Source of the DNA: Chiloscyllium plagiosum
Lineage: Eukaryota
Length of the DNA: 40,431 nucleotides
Assembly: GCF_004010195.1 (NCBI RefSeq)
Contig: NC_057711.1
Location: 73,944,881 to 73,985,311 of the forward strand
Direction of reading: 5' to 3'
The notes under the pieces are model-generated. The model worked only from the letters and a program-made list of their open reading frames with translations, did not search any database and was not told the DNA's origin. How positions within the stretch are numbered: position 1 is the stretch's first letter; each line of letters starts with the position of its first letter. The position numbers were made by a program, and so were the translations under genes. Positions 1 through 11,259 of the stretch are shown here, one piece after another.

Positions 1-132
1 AGACACAGAGAGAGAGAGATACAGAGAGAGAGATAGATACAGAGAGAGATACAGAGAGAGATACAGAGAGAGAATACAGAGAGAGCGATAGATACAGAGA
101 GAGAGACAGAGTGAGAGAGAGAGAGAGACAGA
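1..132. repeat. (GA)n/(GATACA)-type microsatellite
   Basis: Imperfect AG dinucleotide tract interrupted by ATAC/AC units. Confidence 0.95.
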
Positions 133-199
133 GTCCACACACCCACACAGAATTTGAACTTCAGAACTTGCGACTTAGTCAGCAAAGTCAAGTTAACAG

Positions 200-935
200 G
201 ATGTAGATCAAGACAAAAGGTAGTGATGTATACAAATATGTTAAAGTATTGCCACATTTTGATGAGAAAAATGTGAAGCTTTCTTTATTTAATTTGAAAA
301 ATTGGCTAGGCAGATGGAGTGGTCAGAGAACTTGTGGGTAATTCTTAGTTCAGACTAAGCTGGTAGGCAGAGCTAGTGAGGTATTTGCAGCACTGTCATA
401 TGAGGGGTCAAGAGACTATGCAGAGGTTAAACAGGCTATTTTAAATGCTTATGAATTGTTAACAGAAGAATATAGACAACAGTTCAGAAACAAAGGAGGA
501 ATTAGATCAGACTTATGTTGAGTTCAAAAGAATTAAACATTGTAATTTTGATAGATGGGTGTGGGCTTTAAAAATAGAAAAGACCTTTGAGGCTCTATGA
601 GAGATTATTCTGCTGGAGGAATTTAAAAACTCACTACCAGAGATGATAAGAATGCATATGGATGAACAGAATGTTCAAGAAGTGAGAAGAATGGCAGAGA
701 TGGCAGATGAATATGCATTGGTGCATAAGACAAAATTTAGTTTCCAGGAAGAATTTCATCCTGTGAAGGATAGACATTGGGAGAAGGGGAGATCCTACAC
801 TACAAAACAAAGATTACAGCACAGTCGTAATAGTTCACCACAGGTTAAAAAAGAAACCCAAGAAGATGGAAAGGAGATGAAAGGTCTCAGGAGTTCCACT
901 GTGGTAAAGTGGGATGCATAAAGTCACAGTGCAGG
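200..935 (+). pseudogene. gag remnant with SCAN-like capsid segment and CCHC knuckle
   Basis: FEKLARQMEW..KLVGRASEVFAAL..DYAEVKQAILNAYELLTEEYRQQFR..EIILLEEFKNSLPEMIR..AEMADEY; degenerate FHCGKVGCIKSQC near 893-933; stops and frameshifts. Confidence 0.85.
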
Positions 936-1089
936 TCATTAAAAAAAAGGCACTGTAGGAAAAGATGTGGTAAAAGCAGCTAAGCCAATAGCATTAGTGA
1001 AGATAGTAAAGGAGACCCCAAGAAAAGTTAAGGAGCTGCAGGAGAGTGCACAGCCTAGGCAGGGACTGGGTATGGAGTTAGTGCCTGAT

Positions 1090-1330
1090 CGCTATCAAGA
1101 GTTTGCCTCTGTGGGTAAAGTTTACTTTAGAAGAACAGGGGTACAAAGGAAAGAAGTTATAATTTTGAGAGATACAGGATTTAATTAGTCTCCAACAGTA
1201 AGAGATAAATGTATTTGCACTCTTTCTGACATGTTACCCGAGAGAGTGGTAATTTGTGGAATAGATGGATAGAAATTTAAAGTTCCCATATGTAAGATCA
1301 GGGTGGAGTGGCAACAGTAACAGTGGGAGT
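1090..1330 (+). pseudogene. Retroviral-type aspartic protease remnant
   Basis: KEVIILRDTG motif at about 1150-1180. Confidence 0.8.
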
Positions 1331-1599
1331 AGCAGGATCCAAGGTGGGAGTGACACCCCTTGTTGTGGAGAAGCCAAAGGAAGAGTAAGGGAACTGAAGA
1401 GTTAAAAGAAAAATACCCTGGAATTTTTCCAGATTTGTAGTAACAAGATTCAACTATCATAAGTCACAGCATGAAGCAAAAACTAAAGAGAAAGATGAAG
1501 GAGTTGAGGTTCAATTAGTGGATGCCCTGTTTGATGTAATGATGCAGGAAAAACCTGAACAGACAGGATGATCAGGCAGAAGTGTTTAGTCCTGATAGG

Positions 1600-2940
1600 C
1601 TAATGGACTTAAAACAGAAAGATGAGACAATGAAAGATATATAGATAGATGCATACTCAGAAAAGGAATCAGAATGTATTCCTGAGGGTTATTATCTTAA
1701 AGATAGAATGCTAGGATGAAAATGGAGACCACAGCAGATTAGTGCAGAGGAGAAATGGGCAGAAGTGCACCACATTGTGTTGCTGGTAGCACATGAATTA
1801 CCAGTAGGAGGTCACCTCGGTGTGAGGAAGACTCAGGCTAAGATCCAAAAGCATTTCTATTGGCCTGGACTGCACAAAGATGTGGTTAACTCTTGCTGTA
1901 TGTGTTATACATGTCAAATGGTAGGTATGCCACGGCTGGTAATAAAACTAACACCAGGCAGCATGGTGGCTCAATGGTTAGCACTGCTGCCTCACAGCAC
2001 CAGGGACCTGGGTTCCATTCCAGCCTCGGGTGACTGTCTGTGTGGAGTTTGCACGTTCTCCCCGTGTCTGCGTGGGTTTCCTCCGGTTTCCTCCTACAGT
2101 CCAAAGATGTGCAGGTCAGGTGAATTGACCATTCTAAATTATTCAAAGTGTTATGTGCATGAGTCAGAGGGAAGTAGGTCTAGGTAGGTTACTCTTCAGA
2201 GGGTCGGTGGTACTTGTTGGGCTGAAGGGTCTGTTTCCACACTGTAGGAAATCTAATCAAAAAAACCTTTGTTGCCAATTCCCGCATTCGAAGAACCTTT
2301 GATGTGGGTTATGATTGATTGTGTAGGTCGCCTCCCGAAAACTAAAAGTGGGAAGCAGTACTTTTTAACCAAAATGGATGTGTCGACCAGATTTCTCAAG
2401 GCAATTCCATTACGGAGTATTTAGGCTAAAAGGGTGGTAGAAGAGTAAGTAGCTGTCTTCACGCAGTATGCGCTACCAAGAGAGATTCAGTCAGACCAAG
2501 GTTAAAATTTTACTGCTAGGCTGTTTTAAGGAAGTCATGGATAGCTTACGCATACAGCACTTTAAATCAAATGCATACAATTTGGAATTCCAGGGAGCTT
2601 TGGAAAGGTGGCATCAGACACTGAAGACCATGTTAAGAGTGTACTGTCAGGATTACCCGAATGATTAGGATAAAGGTATCACATTCGTATTGTTTGTCAT
2701 TAGAGATGCCCAAAATGAATCAACTCAGTTTACTCCCTTTGAGTTAATATTCAGACATGAAGTGAGAGGGTTTTTGAAATTGATTAAAGAGAAATTGATA
2801 GGGCCAAAGTTGGCAATCTCACACTTGGATTATGTATCTGAGGTGAGGGAGAGATTAAATTGGGTAGGTGAGTTAGCTAAACAGCACCTGAAGAGGGCAC
2901 AGCATAGAATGAAGCAGGTGGCAGATAAAAACTCAGATGA
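1600..2940 (+). pseudogene. Integrase remnant (HHCC finger plus rve core), split by a SINE
   Basis: AHELPVGGHLGVRKTQAKIQKHFYWPGL; LPIPAFEEP; IDCVGRLPKTKSG; SDQG; GALERWHQTLKTML; STQFTPFELIF. Confidence 0.9.
1957..2265 (+). mobile_element. tRNA-derived SINE, HE1-like (shark/ray), nested in the integrase
   Basis: A box TGGCTCAATGG, B-box-like GGTTCCATTCC, core TGTGTGGAGTTTGCACGTTCTCCCCGTGTCTGCGTGGG, tail CTGTTTCCACACTGTAGG..ATCTAATC-A7; integrase frame resumes after it. Confidence 0.9.
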
Positions 2941-3199
2941 AATATCTGGTAAAGATGCCAGATAAAAAATCTATATGGAGCATGTCACGCGAATATGTTG
3001 TAACTATTATAATAAAGATAACCAGGTGTTAGTTACTGCCCCGCAGAGTGAGGAATCAAATCTAGATGTCATGGAGTTTGATGTGCCTCAAAATATGTTA
3101 AATAATGAGGAAGTCCTTGAGGAGTGGGATAGGTTAGTGACTTATCTGTCTCAGGAGCAAAGAATACAGTTGAAAGGTTTGTTGCAGAAGTGAGAGGGC

Positions 3200-5193
3200 A
3201 GATATAGGAATAAGATGGGGATAAAACTATTAATACTAATACTATTGTGCATGAAGTAGAAATATGGAGTGCTGTTCTGATAAAACAACACACTTACAGA
3301 TGTAATCCTTTCCAAGCCACAGATGTCCAGAAGGAAGTGGATGCAATGCTCAATGAAGACATCATTGAACAGAGTCAAAATGAGTGGAATTCGCCAATCG
3401 TGTTTTTAAACCAAACCTGACGGGACTCAACGATTTTGTGTGGGCTATCGGAAGGTCAACACTATAACAAAATCGAACTCATACCCAATACCAAGATTGG
3501 AGGACTGTATAGAGAAAGTTGGACAAACCAGTTACATCAAAGTTGGACTTACTGTGTGGTTATTGGAAGGTACCTTTATCAGAGAAAACAAAAGAAGTTT
3601 CTGTGTTTGTAATCCCGCATGGGTTATATCAATTCAAAGTGATGCCTTTTGGAATGAAGAACACAACAGCCACAATCCAAAGACTCATGAACAGAGTTGT
3701 GGCTGGATTAACAAATTGTGCAGTTTATCTGGGCGATGAAATTGTTACGACATGGGGTAAACCCTCCTGCATAATTTAAAACCAGCAACACAGAAGAGAT
3801 TCATCCTGTGCAGTAATCTGTAAAAATTCGAGTGGCCAAGAACTATTTCAAGTAAAAATGAACTACTTTATTTCTTAAAGTATAACAGAGAATAATTAAC
3901 TAACAACTATTTACAATTCCTTCCTCTAACCTATCTTTTACCTTCCCTTCTATATACTAGTCCAATAAAACTCCCAATTAAGATTTACTGAAAATTTACA
4001 TTTTAAAACTAGCCAGTGGTCGAATCTTCTCTTTAACTTTGGTAGATTTGCTCCCCAGGTCAGTGTTGAGGTTTTTTTCTGGGCAAACTACTTCTCTAGA
4101 CAGGTATCTCTCAGAGAATTCTGATGAGCAGTCTACATCTGTTGGTCTGGTGGAAGTTCTCCCCCAACTGTTCAATTTCCCTGCTCTTATACCCCAAAGC
4201 ATCGGATTGTGTCATTGGCTTTTAAGATTGTCAATATACTCAATTCAAACTTGATTGGAATTTGGTATTTTTTGGGGTATAATATAAACTGATTGGCCTA
4301 ATTCAAATCTGTTTTGTTGTTTCCAGGCAACAAACGACCGCAGTAGCTGGGGCACATGTTACATTCTGTCTTATTGCGAACAGTTGCCTGTCACTGCTAG
4401 TTTTTACTCTCTTAAAGGTACAGTACACACATCTTCATAACATAGCGATCTTTAGAGAGTCATGGAAAGATCACATGGTACCATTGGCAGAACTACTAAC
4501 AATTATGAGAAGCAAAACTGGTAATAAACATAAAGAAAACAGAATTCGTTCTTAGGACATAACATCGGTCATGGAAGATTGACCCCAAGGAATGCCACAA
4601 TGAAGGCCATCGAGGAATTTCCATGACCAACCTTGATGAAACAGATGCTTGGAGTTTTGGGATTAAACGGATTCTACCGGAACTTTGGTCCAACCTTCTG
4701 CAGTGTGGTGGCACCGCTAACAGATTTCCTTAAGAAGAACACAAAATTTCGGTGGACAGAACAACAGCAGGAGGCATTTGAGAATTTAAAAGCAGTTTTA
4801 ACCACCGCACAGTTTTAGCTCCACCAATTGTTTTTGAAACACTTCAAAGTTGTAATCGATGCTAGAAATAATGGAGTCGGAGCTGTACTGCTACAGGAAG
4901 ATGATAATTGAATTGAATGGCCAAGTGGATACATTTCAAAGAAACTCAACACCATTGAAAAAGAATTTTTGAGTTTGGTACTGACCTTACAACATTTTAA
5001 TGCTTATGTGATAAACAATGTGTCAGAGACAGTTGTGTACAAGGACCACAATCCTCTTACATTCTTGAAACGATTTAAAGAGAAAAATATGAGACTATAT
5101 CATTGGAGTCTTATGTTACAGACTTTTCATTTTCAAATTGTACATGTTGCGGGTTGTAAGAATGTGATAGCAGATGTATTATCGAGGATTTAA
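3200..5193 (+). pseudogene. Reverse transcriptase and RNase H remnant, split by a solo LTR
   Basis: YRKVNTITKSNSYPIPRLEDCIEKVG, YQFKVMPFGMKN, YLGD (decayed YLDD), LGLNGFYRNF, DAR/DAS, DHNPL, NVIADVLSRI*. Confidence 0.9.
3743..4442 (-). mobile_element. Solo LTR (700 bp), antiparallel, related to the LTR at 5371
   Basis: Termini TGTTACGA...TCATAACA; its reverse complement starts TGTTATGAAG..GTACTGTACCTTTAAG like 5371; RT frame resumes at 4443. Confidence 0.85.
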
Positions 5194-5362
5194 AGGAAAA
5201 AGTATAGATAAGTTTGGACAGTTTCCAATATGGAAACATATATGGTTGTGCAGAAATTAATATGAATTAGATTAATGACTTCTGTATTTCATTGTAATGG
5301 GATTAAGAATTAGAAATGAAAATGAAGCCATCTTTACATTATGATGTTTCATTTTTTTCTTC

Positions 5363-5370
5363 GGGGGAGG
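5363..5370 (+). promoter_or_regulatory. Polypurine tract
   Basis: GGGGGAGG directly before the LTR's TG. Confidence 0.85.
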
Positions 5371-6123
5371 TGTTATGAAGTTGAAGGTGAGTACTGTACC
5401 TTTAAGAAAGTGAGCGCTGTTCTGCATTGAAAGCTTGCAAGTACTTGTCATGTGACTATCTAGCAGTCTGGAAAATTGAAAATACGTAACATTTAGTTGT
5501 GAAATGGATACCTGAGGGGGGTTGCTGTTTTGACAATAATTCAAATTTAATCAATCAGTTTAATTTATACCTCAGGATACTAAAACCCAATCGAGTTTGA
5601 ATTAATTGTCTTGCCAAACTCTAACCAATGAGACAATCTGATGTTGGAGTGTAAAAAAGGCAAGCATTTTGAAAGTCAGACAGAGTAACTGCCATCAAGA
5701 AAGACCAAAGACATTGATACACTCTCGATTAAAGGTACCTTCTCATATGAAACATATTCACAGTAAAAGAAAGACGATGACCCAGGGAGATCTTCAGATG
5801 GAAGAAGAAAGACACTGAAGATGACAGCAGCTGTATGGTTTTGAAATTAAATTGATGTGATTTTAATAACTGTTTTGTTGGAATAGTACGTTGTTATAGA
5901 TTTGGATGCAGATAATTTTCAGTTAAGAGAAAGGGGGCTTAGAGTTGTAAATAGTTGTTTTGTTTAATATTCAGTTTTAGAATTAAAGAATAAATTGATA
6001 TTATTTTCTTTAGTGGAATATGGGAGTTCTCTGTCACTCATATTTTAACAGATTATGAGGCGAGGTGAGCTTTTCCGGGCGTTTAGTTTAATTAACATAA
6101 GAGTTCACCGCCATGTCATAACA
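5371..6123 (+). repeat. 3' LTR of the Gmr1-like element (753 bp)
   Basis: 8-bp terminal inverted repeat TGTTATGA...TCATAACA; AATAAA at 5989-5994; follows the PPT. Confidence 0.9.
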
Positions 6124-6219
6124 ATACACTGACAATGTCCTGTTCTTTGTGGGTAAAAAGAATATGTCCACACATTGCACCTCTAAAAAATGAAGGGAAT
6201 ATGGAGAGACCCAATCCCT

Positions 6220-6455
6220 ACTGCACTTGCATGGCAATGCTCTGATCAGTCAGAGGTGACTTGTTTGCTTTCAATCTAATTAGTCATTTAACACTGACAC
6301 TTACAGTTCCTGCTGCACCATCATTGCTAATCATAGTCCAACCAATCAGTGCTCTCTTCTCAGGATTGTACAAATTGTTTTCACTCTGAATTTTTAGTTT
6401 GTGTTTCAGTCCTGATGAGAGTAAGATGGAAAGCTTTGAATTTGTGTCATTTTTA
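6220..6455 (+). mobile_element. Old Penelope-like terminal fragment with decayed hammerhead-like motif
   Basis: GTCCTGATGAG..GAAAGCTT at about 6409-6437; stem II not well formed. Confidence 0.4.
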
Positions 6456-7082
6456 AAAGTTTTCTATGTTTTCAAGGCAGCTATAAGAAACTGTTTTCTA
6501 AAAGTGTCCAGTTTTAAAGACTCAGATAATGTTCAAATAATAAGGAAACTAATATAATTCCATTTTACTCTGGTAACGACTTCTGGGGAAGCTGCAAAAC
6601 AATGAAACATATATACTGTTCATTCATGCATCATTTTGTAAGTGGTTTAAATCTGTGAATGCATTAATAGAGTATTTTTCAGGGCATTTACCGTAATGAC
6701 AGGCAGCCACGGCTGTCTCAAAAAGACAATCTACTGTGGAATCTACTGATGGCCAAATCACAGACATTTAAATGGAACTTAGGAAATGCACCAGAATTGG
6801 CCAGAGCCAAAGACACTAGTATTGGGAAATGCAGGATATGATGTAAAAACAGTTTTGCTTTGATTATATTGCAAAACATGAACGGAATTCTGATTTGTTT
6901 GGTTAGATTACAAATTATCTAATAGAGTTATGTCTTTTGGCAGTGATTTCTCATATGTTGATATATTCAATTATAAATGGTGCTCTCTGGGAAAAAAAAA
7001 TCAGTGGGAGTGATGGTGGGACATAAGCTGAGAGAAATAATAGATTAGTTAAGAGAAAAGATGGAGGAGATTGCTACTTATT

Positions 7083-7280
7083 TCCTCCCTTTCTCTTCAC
7101 TGAATATTATCTGCCACCAACTCTATAACAACATACTGTTCCAATAAAATGGTTATTAAAATCACATCAACTTAATTTCAAAAACCATACAGCAGCTGTC
7201 ATCTTCGGTGTCTTTCTTCTTCCAGCTGAAGATTTCCCTGGGTCATCGTCTTTTTTTTACTGCGAATATGTTTCATATGA
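7083..7280 (-). repeat. Inverted copy of internal LTR segment 5744-5940
   Basis: Reverse complement matches TCATATGAAACATATTC..GACGATGACCCAGGGA..GACAGC(A/T)GCTGTATGGTTTT..GAGAAAGGG. Confidence 0.85.
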
Positions 7281-7720
7281 AATTAATAATTTCAGAGCAG
7301 TTGATATTTTTATGTGCTGCTCAATTCCACTTTCCATTAACTTCAATGAGGTGAAAGCCAAGCAGTCAAACTGATTCTATTGGTTTCTACTGTCAGGTAG
7401 CATAGGTTACCTGCAGGGCCTAAGGTAAAACTCATCTCAGTTTTTTTGCAACGTGCTTTTGCCTGTAAACCCACTGCATTCTCCTTTAGAATGGATCTTC
7501 AATATTTACAATATAATTTGCTATTGTTGCATTCTCCATCAGAATTATTACCTCCAATACTTCATATCACTTATTAGCAACATGTCCATTTCTGTACTTT
7601 AACAACTCTGGTTTGAGAATCAGAATATAAACTCAAGAACATCCACTAACCTGTGTGATGAGAGGGATCAGCCTGCTAAGTTTAAAAAATCAAACTAACT
7701 ACACTGCGATGAGTGTTTAC

Positions 7721-7843
7721 CTTTTTATTTGTGAGCAATAAGCAGGTACGTGTCTCAGTTGAGTCCACAATTGAGTGAACACAGTTGAATGATAAGTGAT
7801 CCCTCAGGCGTTCCCTCTGTTTTGGAGAATGAAATTGTGGAGA
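7721..7843 (-). CDS. Possible further exon of the - strand gene (SPQFHSPKQRERLRDHLSFNCVHSIVDSTETRTCLLLTNKK)
   Basis: attgtag|...AAG|gtaaac, 123 nt, open in phase 0-0, compatible with the donor at 11005; no other support. Confidence 0.25.
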
Positions 7844-8033
7844 CTACAATGGGCGAAAATCTATGGAGCATCTGCTATCCTATTTCGGCAGCTAAGCCAC
7901 CTCAGGATATACAATAAACCATGGATATGGCTTATTGCTTGCTGTTTGTTATGAAAATTAATGAGGTACATGTGAATGAGGAAGCTATCATTAGTAAGTT
8001 TGCAGATGCATGAAAGTTGATAGTGTTGTTGAC

Positions 8034-8270
8034 CCCAAGGGAAATAGGAGAAAGTGAGGTCTGCAGATGCTGGAGATCAAAGTTGAAACTTTATTGCTGG
8101 AACAGCACAGCAGGTCAGGCAGCATCCAGGGAACAGGAGATTCGACGTTTCGGGCACAGGCCCTTCTTCAGGAAAGGGCCTGTGCCCGAAACGTCGAATC
8201 TCCTGTTCCCTGGATGCTGCCTGACCTGCTGTGCTGTTCCAGCAATAAAGTTTCAACCCAAGGGAAATAG
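8034..8270. mobile_element. Penelope-derived fold-back mini-element with 14-bp TSD
   Basis: TSD CCCAAGGGAAATAG at 8034-8047 and 8257-8270; perfect 84-bp inverted arms 8082-8165 and 8174-8257. Confidence 0.85.
8141..8174 (-). ncRNA. Minimal hammerhead ribozyme motif (Penelope type)
   Basis: UUC-CUGAAGA-A-GGGC-CUGU-GCCC-GAA-ACGU-C/GAA: intact core, 4-bp stem II, 3-bp stem I, palindromic stem III. Confidence 0.7.
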
Positions 8271-9719
8271 TCCCAGGCTACAGTCTGATATTGATCAGCT
8301 GGTAAACTGAGCAGAGCAATGATAGATGGAATTTAATCCTGATAACTGTGAGATGATACATTTTGGGAGATCTAATAAGGGAAGAATTGACAATGAATGA
8401 CAGGTCCCTGAAGTGTACTGAGGAACGAAAGAACCATAGATATACAAATCCATAGATCCATGAAGGTGTCAGCACAAGTAGACAGGGTGGTGAAGAAAGA
8501 AATGGATGTTTGTAGTCATTAGCTAAAGTGTAGAACATTGGAGCAAGGAACTCTTTTTATAACTTTATAAAACATCAATTAGGCCACAGATATGAAACCT
8601 TGAGCTGTACTGATCTATTGGACGGATGTGATTGCACTAGAGAGAGTGTAAAGGAGATTCACCAAGATGTTGTCTGGGTTGAAAATTCCCAGTTATGGGA
8701 GACACTGATTAGGCTGGGTTAGTATTCCTTGAAGCAGATGAGGTTGGCAGGGGGTGAGGGGATGTGATCTGTTTGAGGTATACAAAATTATGGTAAATTG
8801 AGAGAATCTTTTCCCCATGGCTGACAAATCTAATGAGAAATTTCTAGCTGGGCATTAGCAAGGAAACCCTTATTTTATCATCTCCAGAACTGTTAACACA
8901 AAGCTGCATGGGAGGGTGAGCTGTGAGGGGAATGCTGAGATACTTCATTGTGATTTGGATGAATTAAGTGAGCTCTTGCTAGGCAAGGCTTCCACCTCCA
9001 TCTTGATTCCAATAGCAGGGGCCTCCCTGTGCTGGCCTGTAGCTTGGGAAGCTTTACTGAAAGGAGGCCTCTGCCCAATTCTCCACCTGGCAGATGAGAC
9101 TTCCAATGACTCAACAACATACCACTCATAGGCTGAGAAGCTAGAATTATTAAATTGAATGATCGATGGACCTGAAGATCCAGTTGCTGTGGATTGGGCA
9201 GGAATACCATTGAAGAGAGGCAAAAAAAAAATGAAACCTGCGTACCGTATACTGAATTCCATCCCAAATTCCTAATTTGTTCACATACTTGCCTGGGGTG
9301 GAAATTCCATAAGACCTAATCCATGTCAGGACTAACATGGCTGTGGAAATGAATGCCAAAGTAAAGTGGATCCCCAGAACCAAAAGAGAATATGCTAGCA
9401 TTTTCATTTTGCCAAGTGACAGGAGATATACCAAACTGCTGACTAGCCATTATTAATCCACTAAAGACAGTGATACCATAGCAAGTCATTCAGGTACATA
9501 GCATTTACTCAAGAGTGTGAATTTGTTTCCAACACTCACCCCCACATCAAACTTCAATAATCACAGTGAAATTCACCCATTATAGCATGATCTTCCACCA
9601 AGAATATATAGAAAAGAGAAAAAAGAAGATACCAGGCACATGAGACTGCTGCACAGAAGAGCTCAGCTTCATAATGTGTCTGCTATGCTATAGATATAGC
9701 AAAAGGTGAACATACTTGG

Positions 9720-9971
9720 GCTTGTCTGGTATCTTCTAGGAGAAAGTGAGGACTGCAGGTGCTGGAGATCAGAGCTGAAAATGTGTTGCTGGAAAAGCGC
9801 AGCAGGTCAGGCAGCATCAAAGGAGCAGGAGAATCAACATTTCGGGCATGAGCCCTTCTTCAGGATTCCTGAAGAAGGGCTCATGCCCGAAACGTCGATT
9901 CTCCTGCTCCTTGGATGCTGCCTGACCTGCTGCGCTTTTCCAGCAACACATTTTCAGCTTGTCTGGTATCT
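9720..9971. mobile_element. Penelope-derived fold-back mini-element with 15-bp TSD
   Basis: TSD GCTTGTCTGGTATCT at 9720-9734 and 9957-9971; 93-bp arms 9773-9865 and 9867-9959 with 3 mismatches. Confidence 0.85.
9867..9898 (+). ncRNA. Minimal hammerhead ribozyme motif (a mirror copy lies on - strand 9830-9869)
   Basis: UC-CUGAAGA-A-GGGC-UCAU-GCCC-GAA-ACGU-C/GA; mirror copy has AUGU-U and a 6-bp stem I. Confidence 0.65.
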
Positions 9972-10339
9972 GTTAAGATCAACTCAGGATGCTGAGACAT
10001 AATGCAATGTTATCTACAGCAGAACTCCAAGACACCTATAGCAATGTCAAAGGATATTTCAGTCTAAAACGTTGATGGTCCAGTCATGAGACTGAGGCAT
10101 AGTAATATCAGTTAATTCAAACTAAACAAATATACCATGTAGGTGGCTGATTTATTGCTTACCAGATCTAACAATTTAAAATTTAACCAGGAACAAACGG
10201 TGAAAGCAAGAGACAAAACTGTTTTTTTTCAAACAGTAGGATTGTGTAAAGTCCACAGATTATATGCATTTGGACCCTTCAGTACAATGTTGCAATTTTT
10301 CTGTGGTCATTTGTACTGAATGCAAGGAATAGTAATTCA

Positions 10340-10795
10340 GCTAAGAAAGGAGTTTCTGTACAGAAGTAGGTTTTCAACAATAGTCTCACGAATGGGACAC
10401 TTCAGTTATGATAATAGATTGAAAACGTTCAGTCTGTTTTTGCTGGAGAAGAGCAGGTTAATTAAATTTGATAGGGGCTTTTGGTATGATGAGGAGTTTA
10501 TCTGAGAAGATGAGGAGAAATTGTACTACTCAAGAAAGAGTCAAGTTCCAGAGGGCATATGCAAAATGAGAAAAAAACATTTTCACACAGCGAGTAGTTA
10601 AGGTCTAGAATGCACTGCTCAGAAACACAGTGGCAAAAGGTTCAATCAAAGCATTGGAGTGGGCTTGGATGTTTATTTAATTAGAAACAAAATGCACGGA
10701 TATCGGGAAAACACAAGAGATTGAGACTAAATTAAAATGATTAGAGATCCAGTGCATATATGATGGGCTGAACAGCCCCTTTCTGCACGGTAACA
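10340..10795 (+). mobile_element. Decayed CR1 LINE 3' end
   Basis: FSYDNRLKTFSLFLLEKSRL, FFTQRVVKV.NAL-like segment, tail GATGGGCTGAACAGCCCCTTTCTG. Confidence 0.7.
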
Positions 10796-11004
10796 CGTCA
10801 ACATGTCTTTGGAGTATCAATTGAATTAGTTACTGAATTGAAAATGAAATTTTCTAAATTTCTGACTTAAACACAACAATGATAACAAGCAATTGAGTCA
10901 AGCTGGCAGAGCCATTAGGAATTGGTAGAACTGAACAATCAGTGCACAAAAAAATCATCTCTATTACATAGTACAGTCAAATTTTTATGGTATTAAAAAC
11001 TCAC

Positions 11005-11259
11005 CTTTTCTAGAATTCGTTTTAGTAGAACTACTCTTGATGTGTCAAACTGGGCAACTTGTGATTTGCTCCATGTTCCAAAATCATTTTCTAGTTCATT
11101 ATTGTTTTTTAAAAGCTCAATGATTTCAGCTTCTCTTTTGCTCAATGTCTGTTTTAGTTTTTCCAATCTTATCCGAGCTGCTTCGATTTTGGTCTCATTA
11201 GTCCCTTCTAGATTGGTCGATGTCATATGAACGTTTTGCTGGACATTTTCCTCAGCAGA
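11005..11259 (-). CDS. Exon k of unnamed coiled-coil protein (SAEENVQQ...KRILEK)
   Basis: ttacag|TCT...AAG|gtgagt; 255 nt; phase 0-0; open frame. Confidence 0.85.

Larger units (their letters stand above)
200..6123 (+). mobile_element. Decayed Gypsy-group LTR retrotransposon, Gmr1-like (gag-PR-IN-RT-RH, 3' LTR); 5' LTR not seen in window
   Basis: Frameshifted gag; ILRDTG protease; HELPVGGHLG..FYWPGL..C..CQ integrase Zn finger; rve core GALERWHQTLKTML; RT YPIPRLEDCIEKVG/KLDLLCGYW/YQFKVMPFGMKN; RNase H DHNPLTFL..NVIADVLSR; PPT and LTR. Confidence 0.93.
7985..8830 (+). mobile_element. Decayed CR1 LINE RT 3' fragment, interrupted by a fold-back element
   Basis: ISKFAD, W.MEFNPDNCEMIHFG, RRFTKMLSGL-like segments. 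Confidence 0.8.

Noticed and set aside
1957..2030. tRNA gene (also at 16509 and 22500)
   Set aside because: A/B boxes belong to SINE heads; I could not fold a full cloverleaf.
8017..8310. Similar Cys-rich ORFs at 8017 and 9706
   Set aside because: They are translations of the fold-back repeats, not genes.
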